From: Acidobacteriota bacterium
GTDB taxonomy: Bacteria > Acidobacteriota > Polarisedimenticolia > J045
Assembly: GCA_046331425.1 (NCBI GenBank)
Contig: JAXLQU010000020.1
Coordinates: forward strand, 8,788-72,787
DNA length: 64,000 nucleotides
Reading direction: 5' to 3'
Numbering within the stretch: the first letter of the stretch is position 1; every line of letters starts with the position of its first letter. A program made the position numbers and the translations under genes. The notes under the pieces were generated by a model. That model saw only the letters and a list, made by a program, of their open reading frames with translations, made no database searches and was not told where the DNA came from. Below, piece after piece: positions 48,874 through 58,070 of the stretch.

Positions 48874-50364
48874 ATGAAAAGCACTATTCGGGATTTGGTA
48901 GCGGCCGCCGCGGCCGTCCTCGCCGCTTACGGTGCGTCGGTGGCGTGGGCCGGAGAGGATCCGTTCGAAGTAGGGGTTGTCGTCGGTGCCACCGCGGCTG
49001 ATTCAGGTGTCGATTCCGACAAACTCGCCGATTCGCTGACCCCCACGTATGGCCTGCGCCTGGCGTGGAACTTCAACGATCGACTCGGTTGGTTCATCGA
49101 TGGCACACGCGCCAAATTCGATGCCGCTAACCTGATTGGAGATGTGAAAGAGACTGCATTCCGAACCGGCTTGGAGTGGGACATTCCGACCAAGACGAGT
49201 GATTTCGGCTGGTTCATCAACGGTGGTGTCGGCCGCTCTTCATTCGATGTTCCAACCTTCAGCGACAACGACAATCGGACCTTCGGCTCGGCTGGTATCG
49301 GCGTGAAGCAGTTCTTCGATAGCGGCAACAATCTGCGCTTGGAAGCTCGCCTGGATCGAACCTTCGGTGGTGACAAGGGCGATCCATTGGGCGATGACTC
49401 GTACAACATGATTCGCTTCCTGCTCGGCTATTCGTTCGGCATTGGCGGCAAGCCGGTCGATACCGATGGCGATGGTGTGTTCGATCGCAAGGACAAGTGC
49501 CCCGATACACCCAAGGGCGCCACCGTCGACGAGAAGGGTTGCCCCAAGGATAGCGACGGCGACGGTGTGCTCGATGGTCTGGACCAGTGCCCCGATACGC
49601 CGAAGGGTTGGCCGGTCGATGCCAAGGGCTGCCCGCTCGATGCCGATGGTGACGGTGTTGCCGATGGCGCCGACAAGTGCCCGAACACGCCTAAGGGCTG
49701 CAAGGTCGATGCGAATGGCTGCCCGCTCGACAGCGATGGTGATGGCGTTTGCGACGGACTCGACAAGTGCCCTGGTACTCCGAAGGGGACGCCGGTCGAT
49801 GCCTCGGGTTGCGCCAAGGACAGCGATGGTGACGGCGTCACCGACGACAAGGACAAGTGCCCGGGCACGCCCGCCGGCATCAAGGTCAACGCCGATGGAT
49901 GCCCCGCCGATAGCGATGGCGACGGTGTCACCGACGACAAGGACAAGTGCCCCAACACTGCGGCCGGCATCAAGGTCGGTGCTGATGGATGTCCCGAGGT
50001 GGCGCCGTTGTTCACGCCGGGTAACGACGTGTTCGTGTTGGAAGGCGTGAACTTCGACAGCGACAAGTCCGACATTCGCAGCGATGCCAAAGAGATCCTC
50101 GATCGCGTGGTGCGCAGCCTCAAGGCGTACCCGGATGTGAATATCGAGATCCAAGGGCATACCGATTCGCAATCCAGCGATGCGTACAACCTCAAGTTGT
50201 CGCAGCGAAGGTCCGATGCCGTGATGAACTACTTCGTCGAGAACGGTATCGCGGCGAGTCGCATGACGGCCAAGGGGTACGGCGAGAGCAAGCCGATCGC
50301 CGACAACAAGACCAAGGAAGGTCGCGCCAAGAACCGCCGCGTGGAGTTGCATCGCGCTAACTGA
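48874..50364 (+). CDS. OmpA family protein: N-terminal beta-barrel, six TSP3 repeats, C-terminal peptidoglycan-binding domain
   Basis: AAGGAG SD; DxDGDG repeats; IQGHTDS, LSQRRSDAV, NRRVE. Confidence 0.93.
   Translation: MKSTIRDLVAAAAAVLAAYGASVAWAGEDPFEVGVVVGATAADSGVDSDKLADSLTPTYGLRLAWNFNDRLGWFIDGTRAKFDAANLIGDVKETAFRTGLEWDIPTKTSDFGWFINGGVGRSSFDVPTFSDNDNRTFGSAGIGVKQFFDSGNNLRLEARLDRTFGGDKGDPLGDDSYNMIRFLLGYSFGIGGKPVDTDGDGVFDRKDKCPDTPKGATVDEKGCPKDSDGDGVLDGLDQCPDTPKGWPVDAKGCPLDADGDGVADGADKCPNTPKGCKVDANGCPLDSDGDGVCDGLDKCPGTPKGTPVDASGCAKDSDGDGVTDDKDKCPGTPAGIKVNADGCPADSDGDGVTDDKDKCPNTAAGIKVGADGCPEVAPLFTPGNDVFVLEGVNFDSDKSDIRSDAKEILDRVVRSLKAYPDVNIEIQGHTDSQSSDAYNLKLSQRRSDAVMNYFVENGIAASRMTAKGYGESKPIADNKTKEGRAKNRRVELHRAN
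49459..49998 (+). repeat. Six tandem 90-bp (30-aa) thrombospondin type-3 repeats
   Basis: DxDGDGVxDxxDxCPxTPxGxxVDxxGCP repeated six times. Confidence 0.9.
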
Positions 50365-50418
50365 TGCCGCGTGGCGCCGATGGGCGCTTTCTGTTGATTT
50401 CTGCTAGAACGTTCAGCC

Positions 50419-50454
50419 TTCGGGGCGGGTGCAATACCCGCCCCGAACTTTGTT
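50419..50454 (+). terminator. Intrinsic terminator-like hairpin after ompA
   Basis: Perfect 12-bp stem TTCGGGGCGGGT/ACCCGCCCCGAA, 5-nt loop, followed by CTTTGTT. Confidence 0.7.
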
Positions 50455-50492
50455 CGCCAAGGGGCTCGGGGCCTCGGCGAGGAGATTTGACG

Positions 50493-51362
50493 ATGAAGCG
50501 TCTTGTGGGAATTGCAGTTTCACTGTTGGCCGCGGCCAGTGTTGTCGGCTATGCCGCGGACGAAAAGAAGCTCGGCTGGTCCGACACCTCAGACTTCAGT
50601 TACGTGCTCACCAACGGAAACTCCAGCACCAACACGTTTGGTTTCAAGAATGTGCTCAAGCGCGATTGGCAGAACGCGGCGTTCACGCTGCGGGCCGGTG
50701 CGGTGCGAGCGAGCAACGAGGTAGTGACACGCGCGGCGATTCAGCGGCCAAGCGGTGTAACGTTTCTGGAAGACTCCGAGAACGTGACGTCGACCGAGTT
50801 CTACTATCTCAACGGTCAGTACGATCGGAATATCTCCGAGAACTTCTATTGGTTCGCTGGCGCAGGCTGGGAGCGCAATGAACCGGCCGGAATCTCCAAT
50901 CGCTACGTCGTGTCGGGCGGTGTCGGAAACATCTGGAACAATACCGACGACCTCAAGTTCAAGACGTTCTATGGAGCGACGTGGACCAACCAGAAGCCTG
51001 TCGTTGGTGACAGCGATAGCTTCGTCGGGGTCCGTGCCGGTTATGACTACTTCAACAAGCTCACCGCCACGACGACCATGGGGAGCGTGTTCATCATCGA
51101 TCTCAACGCTTCGGAAACGAGCGATTGGCGTGGTGACTTGACCAACTGGGTCGCGGTAGCAATCAACGACCGCATGGCGCTGAAGGCTGGGTTGCAACTG
51201 CTGTATGACAACCGGCCTTCGTTCCGGGACGTCGATTTGTACGAGCAAGTCCCGATCTTGGCGCCGGATATCCCACCAGGGTTTGTGAAGACCGGCACGG
51301 TCGCTCAGGAGTTGGACAAGCTCGACTCGATCTTCACGACGTCGCTGGTGATCAACTGGTAA
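50493..51362 (+). CDS. DUF481-like outer-membrane beta-barrel protein
   Basis: GGAG SD; signal peptide; GNSSTNT, YYLNGQYDR; ends TTSLVINW. Confidence 0.8.
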   Translation: MKRLVGIAVSLLAAASVVGYAADEKKLGWSDTSDFSYVLTNGNSSTNTFGFKNVLKRDWQNAAFTLRAGAVRASNEVVTRAAIQRPSGVTFLEDSENVTSTEFYYLNGQYDRNISENFYWFAGAGWERNEPAGISNRYVVSGGVGNIWNNTDDLKFKTFYGATWTNQKPVVGDSDSFVGVRAGYDYFNKLTATTTMGSVFIIDLNASETSDWRGDLTNWVAVAINDRMALKAGLQLLYDNRPSFRDVDLYEQVPILAPDIPPGFVKTGTVAQELDKLDSIFTTSLVINW

Positions 51363-51429
51363 GCGTGATTTCGTCCGTTGTTATCGCTTGAAGTCTCGAG
51401 GGCGGACACCGCGTGATCGGTGCCCGCCC

Positions 51430-52569
51430 TCATTCTTTCGCCCGATCGTGAGCACGCACCAGGGCTTCCGTGACATCGGCCGCAGCAGCCAGCGCTGCCT
51501 GGTCCAAATTGGCGGCCACATCGTTTGGTGTGTGAATCGACAGCACCGCTTTGGAGAGTTTGGCGGCGGTGATCGTCACGACCTTCAAACCGCTCGCGGT
51601 CAACGGCATCGCATCGGTGCCGGTGCCGAGCGGCAGCATGATTCGTCGAGCCGAAACGCCGGCGGCGCGCAGTTGTCGAAGCGCTTCTCGGACCAACGAT
51701 CCTTTCCCCACGATGCCGATGCCGCCAGGCGCGCCGACCCCGTCGTGGTTGATGACCAGGGTCTTGCCGCTATTCCAAACCGCGGCATGATCGCGGGCCG
51801 CGATGCGCGCGCCGGCCATCGCGTGCTCCTCGGCCCCGGTGAACAATGCGACCACCTCGATCTGCACGGGCGGCGATTGCTTCAATCGCCCCAAAACATT
51901 CAGTACCACGGCAACCGAGGCAGCGTTATCCAGCGCGCCGGGTGATTCGTTATCGAACGACAGTCGACCGAGCGCTCGCAGAGCAATCGCTGCGGCGATC
52001 GGCCCCAAGATCGTCCACACGGGCGGCTCCGCTCGCAAGCACAACGGCAGCGTCAAGGTTCCCAACACAGCTATGGTTGTGAGGGCGCCGCGCCACAGAA
52101 ACGAGATGTTCTGCGACTTGCTGTCCAAGTGTGCGACCAGAACTACCCGACGAGACGATCCGGCGCCGAGCTTGACCGAGATGTTCTGCGTTTCCAGCTC
52201 GGCATCCTGCCGATCGTCGAGCGCGAAGCTCTCGTCATCGAAGAGCGCCCGACGCAGATCCCAAACTCCAAACCCTCCACAGAACAAGAGTACGAAGAGC
52301 GCCGGCCAACCCCACAGCGAACCAGCCAATGCGGTTAGCGCGATACCGACGGAAAGCAACAGCAACCCGGTGCGCATCCGGGCCAAGGGTTGCTGCAGCG
52401 AATAGCGAAATCGTCTTTCGAACGGATCGTGGCCGCGCTGACGCAGCGTGTTCAACAACCACTCGCGAGCCCGTGCATCACCCGCCGTTGCTGCCGCGCG
52501 CGGGAACGACAATGCGGCGGCATCGGCAAGGATTTGCTCGCCGGCCTGGGCCGGTGGGGCTTCGCTCAC
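51430..52569 (-). CDS. M28 family metallopeptidase with membrane segments
   Basis: AHLDS, GALDNAASV, GAEE, NHDGVG, IHTPND. Confidence 0.85.
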   Translation of the reverse strand: MSEAPPAQAGEQILADAAALSFPRAAATAGDARAREWLLNTLRQRGHDPFERRFRYSLQQPLARMRTGLLLLSVGIALTALAGSLWGWPALFVLLFCGGFGVWDLRRALFDDESFALDDRQDAELETQNISVKLGAGSSRRVVLVAHLDSKSQNISFLWRGALTTIAVLGTLTLPLCLRAEPPVWTILGPIAAAIALRALGRLSFDNESPGALDNAASVAVVLNVLGRLKQSPPVQIEVVALFTGAEEHAMAGARIAARDHAAVWNSGKTLVINHDGVGAPGGIGIVGKGSLVREALRQLRAAGVSARRIMLPLGTGTDAMPLTASGLKVVTITAAKLSKAVLSIHTPNDVAANLDQAALAAAADVTEALVRAHDRAKE

Positions 52570-53027
52570 GTCTCAACCGTAACGGTGAGCTCCACGGTTT
52601 GAATCAGCGGCATCACGTAGTTCAGCGTCAGTCTCGTCAAGGTGAACTCGCGTGTCTTTCCCAACCACGACTTGCCGCCAAACTCGAATTCGTCGATCAC
52701 CGCCCCGGCCGCATCGAGTAGCTTCACACCGATCCTGACGTCGTAGGCGTCCTTCCCTTGGTTTTGGACCTGGACCAGGGTTTTGAGCCATCCGAACCGG
52801 GTCTGACCGCCGCGCGGCGGCAACACCACATCGACGAGTCGTCGATCCTCTTGCGTGATCGAAGCGCCGTTGACGCGCACCGGGCCCATCACGAGATCGA
52901 GCTTGTGCGGAGTCCTGAGATCGAACGGCAGCTTGACGGTTTGGGAGAGTGTCTCGGCGTGAGTGGTGGCAACAGTACCGGCCACTACCAAACACAAGGC
53001 GACGGCGCGCGTGAATGAACCAAGCAT
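52566..53027 (-). CDS. Exported hypothetical protein (153 aa)
   Basis: Signal peptide MLGSFTRAVALCLVVAGTVATTHA; GTGA overlap with the M28 gene. Confidence 0.7.
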   Translation of the reverse strand: MLGSFTRAVALCLVVAGTVATTHAETLSQTVKLPFDLRTPHKLDLVMGPVRVNGASITQEDRRLVDVVLPPRGGQTRFGWLKTLVQVQNQGKDAYDVRIGVKLLDAAGAVIDEFEFGGKSWLGKTREFTLTRLTLNYVMPLIQTVELTVTVET

Positions 53028-53144
53028 CGTGATCTCCTGTGGTAATGAGCGTCGGATTGTAGCCCTTTGATCGATCCCGCCCCATCTTAGGTCGGGGTCG
53101 ATCGCGGCTCTTGTTTCAACCCGAAACGAGCGACGAGGGAAACG

Positions 53145-53519
53145 GTGTACAAGCCGGTCGCGTTGGTGATCGAAGATCACGAGAGTGTGCGGGAGGTGCT
53201 TTCCACGGCGCTGCGCCGGATGGGCTGCACCGTGCTGTCGGAAGCTGACGGTGATGCCGGTCTGCGCACCGCGCGCACGGCGAAGCCCGATCTGGTGCTG
53301 GTCGATATGCGGTTGCCGGGGCTCGACGGGCTGAGTCTCGTGGATCAGGTCCGCCGAAGTTTCAGCACCAAGCCGCCCGCCGTGATCGTGCTCACCGGGT
53401 ACGCGTCGGCCAATCGGCGCGATCAGGTCCTGGCTGGCGGGGGTGATGCGTTTTTCGAGAAGCCGGTCGACTTGGGCGAGTTGGAGCGGACCGTCTCTTC
53501 CCTGCTCAAGCGCTCTTGA
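53145..53519 (+). CDS. Single-domain response regulator (CheY-like)
   Basis: VIEDH, LVDMRLPGLDG, LTG, FEKP. Confidence 0.9.
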   Translation: MYKPVALVIEDHESVREVLSTALRRMGCTVLSEADGDAGLRTARTAKPDLVLVDMRLPGLDGLSLVDQVRRSFSTKPPAVIVLTGYASANRRDQVLAGGGDAFFEKPVDLGELERTVSSLLKRS

Positions 53520-53576
53520 GCCGCCGGGTCTGACGACCTGGGCCGTAGCTCGGCAAAACAGGGCTGAAAAAAGTTC

Positions 53577-53612
53577 TTGCTCGCTCGAGAACATCTTGCA
53601 TAATCATGCACT
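53577..53612 (+). promoter_or_regulatory. ARG box CTTGCATAATCATGCACT (53595-53612) overlapping a putative promoter (TTGCTC / CATAAT)
   Basis: Perfect TGCAT-N4-ATGCA palindrome directly before the argG ATG; argR ends the operon. Confidence 0.8.
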
Positions 53613-54803
53613 ATGCAAAAACAACCCCAGCAGCCCTTGGCCCTCGCCTTCAGCGGCGGACTCGATACTTCCTTCTGCGTCGCCAAGCTCAAAGACGAGG
53701 GCTGGGATGTCCACACCGTCTTCGTCGACACGGGAGGGATCGAGGCCACGGGTCGCGCCGGTATCCGCAAACAGGCCGAGGCCCTAGGCGCCGCCGCGCA
53801 CTATGAAATCGACGCCAAGCAAGCGGTGTTCGAGCGGTTCGTCAGCGTTCTGATCCGCGGCAATGTGTTGCGTGGCGAGGTCTATCCCCTTTCCGTCGCC
53901 GCCGAGCGCACGCAACAGGCGCTGTCGGTGGTCGAGGTGGCGCGGAAGATCGGAGCCAAGGCGCTCGCGCACGGGTCGACCGGAGCCGGCAATGATCAGG
54001 TTCGATTCGACATCGCGTTCCGTGTGCTGGCTCCCGAGCTGCCGATCCTGACCCCGATACGCGACGGCTCGTTGCCGCGCGAGACCACGATCGCGTTTCT
54101 GCGTGACCGCGGCTTACCGGTGCCGGCGCGAGCCGTGACCTATTCCGTCAACGAGGGATTGTGGGGAACGACACTCGGTGGCGGCTGGACTCACGATCCG
54201 TGGGCTGGACCGCCAGAGACATGGCTCGATCCCCCGGACAGATCCCTTCCGGCGCGCGAGTTGATCCTCGGTTGGGAACAAGGACTCCCCGTCAGCATCG
54301 ATGGCGAGCGGATGCCGGGACCGCTGTTGGTCGAGCGGCTCGGTTCGACTGCCGTCGAATACGGCGTGGGGAAGAACATCCACGTCGGTGAGACCGCTCT
54401 CGGTATCAAGGGGCGAATCGGATTCGAAGCGGGGGCCGCGCTGCTCTTGATCGGCGCTCACCGCGAACTCGAGAAGCTGGTGCTGACACGCTGGCAGACA
54501 TTCTGGAAGGATCAGTTGGCGCGTTTTTATGGCGATCGTCTGCACGAAGGGCATTGGTTCGACCCGGCGCTGCGCGACATCGAAGCGATGATCCTTTCGT
54601 CGCAGCAACGCGTCACCGGCGAGACACGAGTGCGGCTGGTGCCTGGACAGTTTCATGTGGTGGGCACGCGCAGCCCGCATTCGTTGATCGATCATGAAGT
54701 CGCTACCTACGGTGAAACCAACCGACTTTGGGATGGAAACGAAGCGAGGGCTTACGCCCGAATCGCCTCGATCCCCTCGCTGCTCGCTGCAAAGAGAGGC
54801 TGA
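53613..54803 (+). CDS. argG: Argininosuccinate synthase
   Basis: LAFSGGLDTS, AHGSTGAGNDQVRF, YSVNEGLWG, IKGRIGFE. Confidence 0.93.
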   Translation: MQKQPQQPLALAFSGGLDTSFCVAKLKDEGWDVHTVFVDTGGIEATGRAGIRKQAEALGAAAHYEIDAKQAVFERFVSVLIRGNVLRGEVYPLSVAAERTQQALSVVEVARKIGAKALAHGSTGAGNDQVRFDIAFRVLAPELPILTPIRDGSLPRETTIAFLRDRGLPVPARAVTYSVNEGLWGTTLGGGWTHDPWAGPPETWLDPPDRSLPARELILGWEQGLPVSIDGERMPGPLLVERLGSTAVEYGVGKNIHVGETALGIKGRIGFEAGAALLLIGAHRELEKLVLTRWQTFWKDQLARFYGDRLHEGHWFDPALRDIEAMILSSQQRVTGETRVRLVPGQFHVVGTRSPHSLIDHEVATYGETNRLWDGNEARAYARIASIPSLLAAKRG

Positions 54804-54804
54804 G

Positions 54805-55875
54805 ATGGTTGCCACCACGCGCGTGCGACTCGACCGGATCGCAAGCTCTACCAAGAACGCAAAACTGACGCGCGATGCCACGCTGGGACCCGAGATCGTG
54901 AGCCAGGAGGGTTATGTCATCGCGGTGCGGATCGTGTCGGACAAGTCGAGCTACAACACGGTCGAGGATTTGGCCGGGCGAATGGTTCCGCTGCGCTCCG
55001 GCGACATCCTTGCCGGGACTTTGGGCGAGCGACGCGCGCTGCGCGGTTACTCGGGGGTCGTGCCCAACAGTTTGGTTCCGGGCGATGTCATCGATGTGCT
55101 GAACTTGGGCGGAGTGCTCGGCCGCGCGACGTCGATCAATCGCGATTTGGGCGAACCTTTGAAGGCTGAAGTGCTGGGCGCGATCTTGGCGTTTCCCGAA
55201 TTGGGCGATCGCATCGGGCGCCCCGCGCACATCAAGCACGGCACCGTACCCGGCGCACAGAAGTTGGAGATCGATCTGCCGGTGATCTACGTCGCGGGTA
55301 CCTGTATGAACGCGGGCAAGACCGTCGCGGCAACAGAAATCGTGCGGGGGCTGACGCGGCGCGGGAAACGGGTGGCTGCCACAAAACTCACCGGCGTGGC
55401 GTTGATGCGCGACACGCTTTCGATGTTGGACGCCGGTGCGATTCATGCGTTGACGTTCAACGATGCGGGCGCTGCCAGCACCAAGAGTGGAATGACGGTG
55501 CCGGTCGCCAAGGGAATCTTGAACCTACTCGCGATCGAGTCACGACCGGATGTGGTCGTTGCCGAGCTTGGCGACGGGATCTTGGGCGAGTACGGCGTGC
55601 AGGACATTCTGATGGACGCCGAGCTGACCGGTGTGGCCGCAGCATTCGTGATGGCCGCACCCGATCCGGTCGGCGCGTGGGGCGCGCTGCAGTTGATGCG
55701 CGATCGATTCCACTTGCCTGTGAGTGTGATCACCGGCCCGGCCACCGACAACGAGGTCGGCAAGCAGTACATCACTCGGCACTTGGAGCTTCCGGCGTTC
55801 AATGCGCGCTACGACGCCAACGGGTTGGTAGATGTCGTTGAGACAGCGCTGACCTCTGTGAATAGCCGGCAGTAG
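54805..55875 (+). CDS. DUF1611-like P-loop protein embedded in the arg operon (candidate glutamate N-acyltransferase)
   Basis: GTCMNAGKT (55297-55323), KLTG, VVAELGDG; starts 1 bp after the argG stop. Confidence 0.7.
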   Translation: MVATTRVRLDRIASSTKNAKLTRDATLGPEIVSQEGYVIAVRIVSDKSSYNTVEDLAGRMVPLRSGDILAGTLGERRALRGYSGVVPNSLVPGDVIDVLNLGGVLGRATSINRDLGEPLKAEVLGAILAFPELGDRIGRPAHIKHGTVPGAQKLEIDLPVIYVAGTCMNAGKTVAATEIVRGLTRRGKRVAATKLTGVALMRDTLSMLDAGAIHALTFNDAGAASTKSGMTVPVAKGILNLLAIESRPDVVVAELGDGILGEYGVQDILMDAELTGVAAAFVMAAPDPVGAWGALQLMRDRFHLPVSVITGPATDNEVGKQYITRHLELPAFNARYDANGLVDVVETALTSVNSRQ

Positions 55876-55896
55876 CGGCGAGCGAGAAGAGACGCC

Positions 55897-56916
55897 ATGA
55901 AAGCCGTTGTCATCGGAGCCGCGGGATACGCCGGCGGAGAGTTGCTGAGACTGCTGCTGACACACCCGCAGGTGGCGTCGGTGCGAGCCATCAGTCGTAG
56001 CGCAGGCGGGAGCTTGCTCAGCGAAGTTCACCCGCAACTCGCCGCGATCACCGAGGCGCGCTTTGAATCGATCTCTCCCCTCTCCGCGGCGGCGGAAAGC
56101 GATGTGGTCTTTCTTGCGCTCGAACACGGCGCCTCGTCGCACCTGGCCAAGGAGCTGCTTTCCGCTGCGCGCGGGGTTGTGATCGATATCGCTGCCGACT
56201 TCCGGATTCACGATCAAGCGCTCCACACGCGTTACTACGGAGCACACCCCGAGCCGTCGCTGGTCCCAGAGTTCAAATACGCGCTGGCCGATGTCGAGGG
56301 GCCAGCGTTGCGCGGACATCGTGCCTTGGCAATCCCGGGCTGCTTCGCCACCGCTGCCGCGCTGGCAATGCGCCCGCTCGCGATGTCAGCTCCGCGCGCG
56401 CACGCCTCGCTGTTCGCGGTGACCGGATCATCGGGAGCCGGAGCGCAGCCAAAAGAGACGACGCATCATCCTCGCCGCGCCACCAATCTGCGCGCGTATC
56501 AGCCGTTTTCGCATCGTCATCAGGCCGAGATCGACCAATGCTGGCAGGCTTGGGCCGGAAACGATGCCGCGCCTCGCTTGCTCACACACAGCGGACCGTT
56601 CGTGCGCGGAATCGCGCTCACGCTGCACGCGCGTGGACGATTCGAAACCGACGGCCCCTCGCTGTTGGCCCGCACGTATGAGGGCCGGCCGTTCATCCAT
56701 CGGCTCGACGCACCGCCGGCGCTCAACCACGTGGTTGGAACGAATCTCGCGCTGATGTTTGCTCAGGTGAGCGAGGACGGTCACGAGCTGATGATCTGTT
56801 GCGCGATCGACAACCTGATCAAGGGCGCCTCAGGCCAGGCGGTGCAAGCGATGAACCTGACTCTGGGTTTGCCGGAAGAGGCAGGATTGCGCCTGGCAGG
56901 TCCGTTCCCATGTTGA
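55897..56916 (+). CDS. argC: N-acyl-gamma-glutamyl-phosphate reductase
   Basis: GAAGYAGGEL, PGCFATA, GSSGAG, IDNLIKGASGQAVQAMN. Confidence 0.93.
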   Translation: MKAVVIGAAGYAGGELLRLLLTHPQVASVRAISRSAGGSLLSEVHPQLAAITEARFESISPLSAAAESDVVFLALEHGASSHLAKELLSAARGVVIDIAADFRIHDQALHTRYYGAHPEPSLVPEFKYALADVEGPALRGHRALAIPGCFATAAALAMRPLAMSAPRAHASLFAVTGSSGAGAQPKETTHHPRRATNLRAYQPFSHRHQAEIDQCWQAWAGNDAAPRLLTHSGPFVRGIALTLHARGRFETDGPSLLARTYEGRPFIHRLDAPPALNHVVGTNLALMFAQVSEDGHELMICCAIDNLIKGASGQAVQAMNLTLGLPEEAGLRLAGPFPC

Positions 56917-58070
56917 GTGCCAAACCTCCCGCTGCGTTGCTGCCGGTGTATGCAACGATGCCCGTGCGTCCGGTCGCCGGCCGCGGAAGCTGGCTGATCG
57001 ACGAGGATGGGCGGAAATGGCTCGATGCTTACGGTGGACACGCGGTGGCCTCGTCGGGGCATTCGCATCCTCGCGTCGTCGACGCGATTGCTCAGCAAGC
57101 GGCAACGTTGTTGTTCTATTCCACGGCCGTGCGGCTGCCGCAGCGCGAAACCCTGGCCGAATCGTTGGTGGCGCACTGTCCCGCGCCCTTGGCTCGAGTC
57201 TTCTTTTGCAACAGCGGCGCCGAGGCCAACGAGAATGCGTTGAATCTGGCGCGACGCGCCACCGGCCGACAGCAAATCGTGACGTTGCAAGGCGGCTGGC
57301 ATGGACGCACGGCGGCGACGCTGGCGTTGTGCGATGGCGCGCGCTACGAGCAGGGGGCGACACGTGCGGGAGTCGAGTTGTCGCGACGCGTGCCGTTCAA
57401 CGACATGGCCGCGCTCGATGCCGCGCTCGACAGCACCGTGGCGGCGGTGTTGATCGAACCGGTGCAAGGGATGGCCGGCGCGCGCGCGGTGTCGCGCGAG
57501 TTTCTGGAGGCGGCGCGTTCGCTTTGCACGCGGCGAGGGGCAGCCTTGATCTTCGACGAAGTTCAATGCGGTGTCGGTCGCTGTGGCGCATTCACGGCGG
57601 CAGAGGTTTACGGCGTGGTGCCTGACCTGCTGACGCTCGCCAAGGGGCTCGGCGCTGGTCTTCCGATCGGCGCCACGATCGCCAGCGAGGCGATCACCAG
57701 CGAGGTCAGTGTGGGCGACTTGGGGAGCACCTTCGGTGGTGGACCGGTACCGTGTGCCGCTGCATTGGCGAATCTGAAGGTAATCGAGGACGAATCGCTG
57801 ATCGACAATGCGCGAACGATCGGCAACTGGTTGCGCGAGCGTGCGGTTGCGATCGGTCTGCCGCGACCCGATGGGCTGGGGCTGCTCATCGGTGTGCGAT
57901 TGCCGCAACCGGCAGCACAGATTCAGTCGCTGCTGTTCGAAAAGCGGATCTTGACCGGTACATCGAGTGATCCGTACGTGATGCGCTGGATGCCGCCGTT
58001 GTCTTTCTCGATCAGCGAGGCGCAGTTGTTGATCGATTCGCTGCAGGAGGTACTGAATGCTCGAGCGTGA
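56910..58070 (+). CDS. argD: N-acylornithine aminotransferase (class III PLP)
   Basis: FCNSGAEANE, FDEVQCG, TLAKGLG, STFGGGP. Confidence 0.88.
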   Translation: MLSAKPPAALLPVYATMPVRPVAGRGSWLIDEDGRKWLDAYGGHAVASSGHSHPRVVDAIAQQAATLLFYSTAVRLPQRETLAESLVAHCPAPLARVFFCNSGAEANENALNLARRATGRQQIVTLQGGWHGRTAATLALCDGARYEQGATRAGVELSRRVPFNDMAALDAALDSTVAAVLIEPVQGMAGARAVSREFLEAARSLCTRRGAALIFDEVQCGVGRCGAFTAAEVYGVVPDLLTLAKGLGAGLPIGATIASEAITSEVSVGDLGSTFGGGPVPCAAALANLKVIEDESLIDNARTIGNWLRERAVAIGLPRPDGLGLLIGVRLPQPAAQIQSLLFEKRILTGTSSDPYVMRWMPPLSFSISEAQLLIDSLQEVLNARA

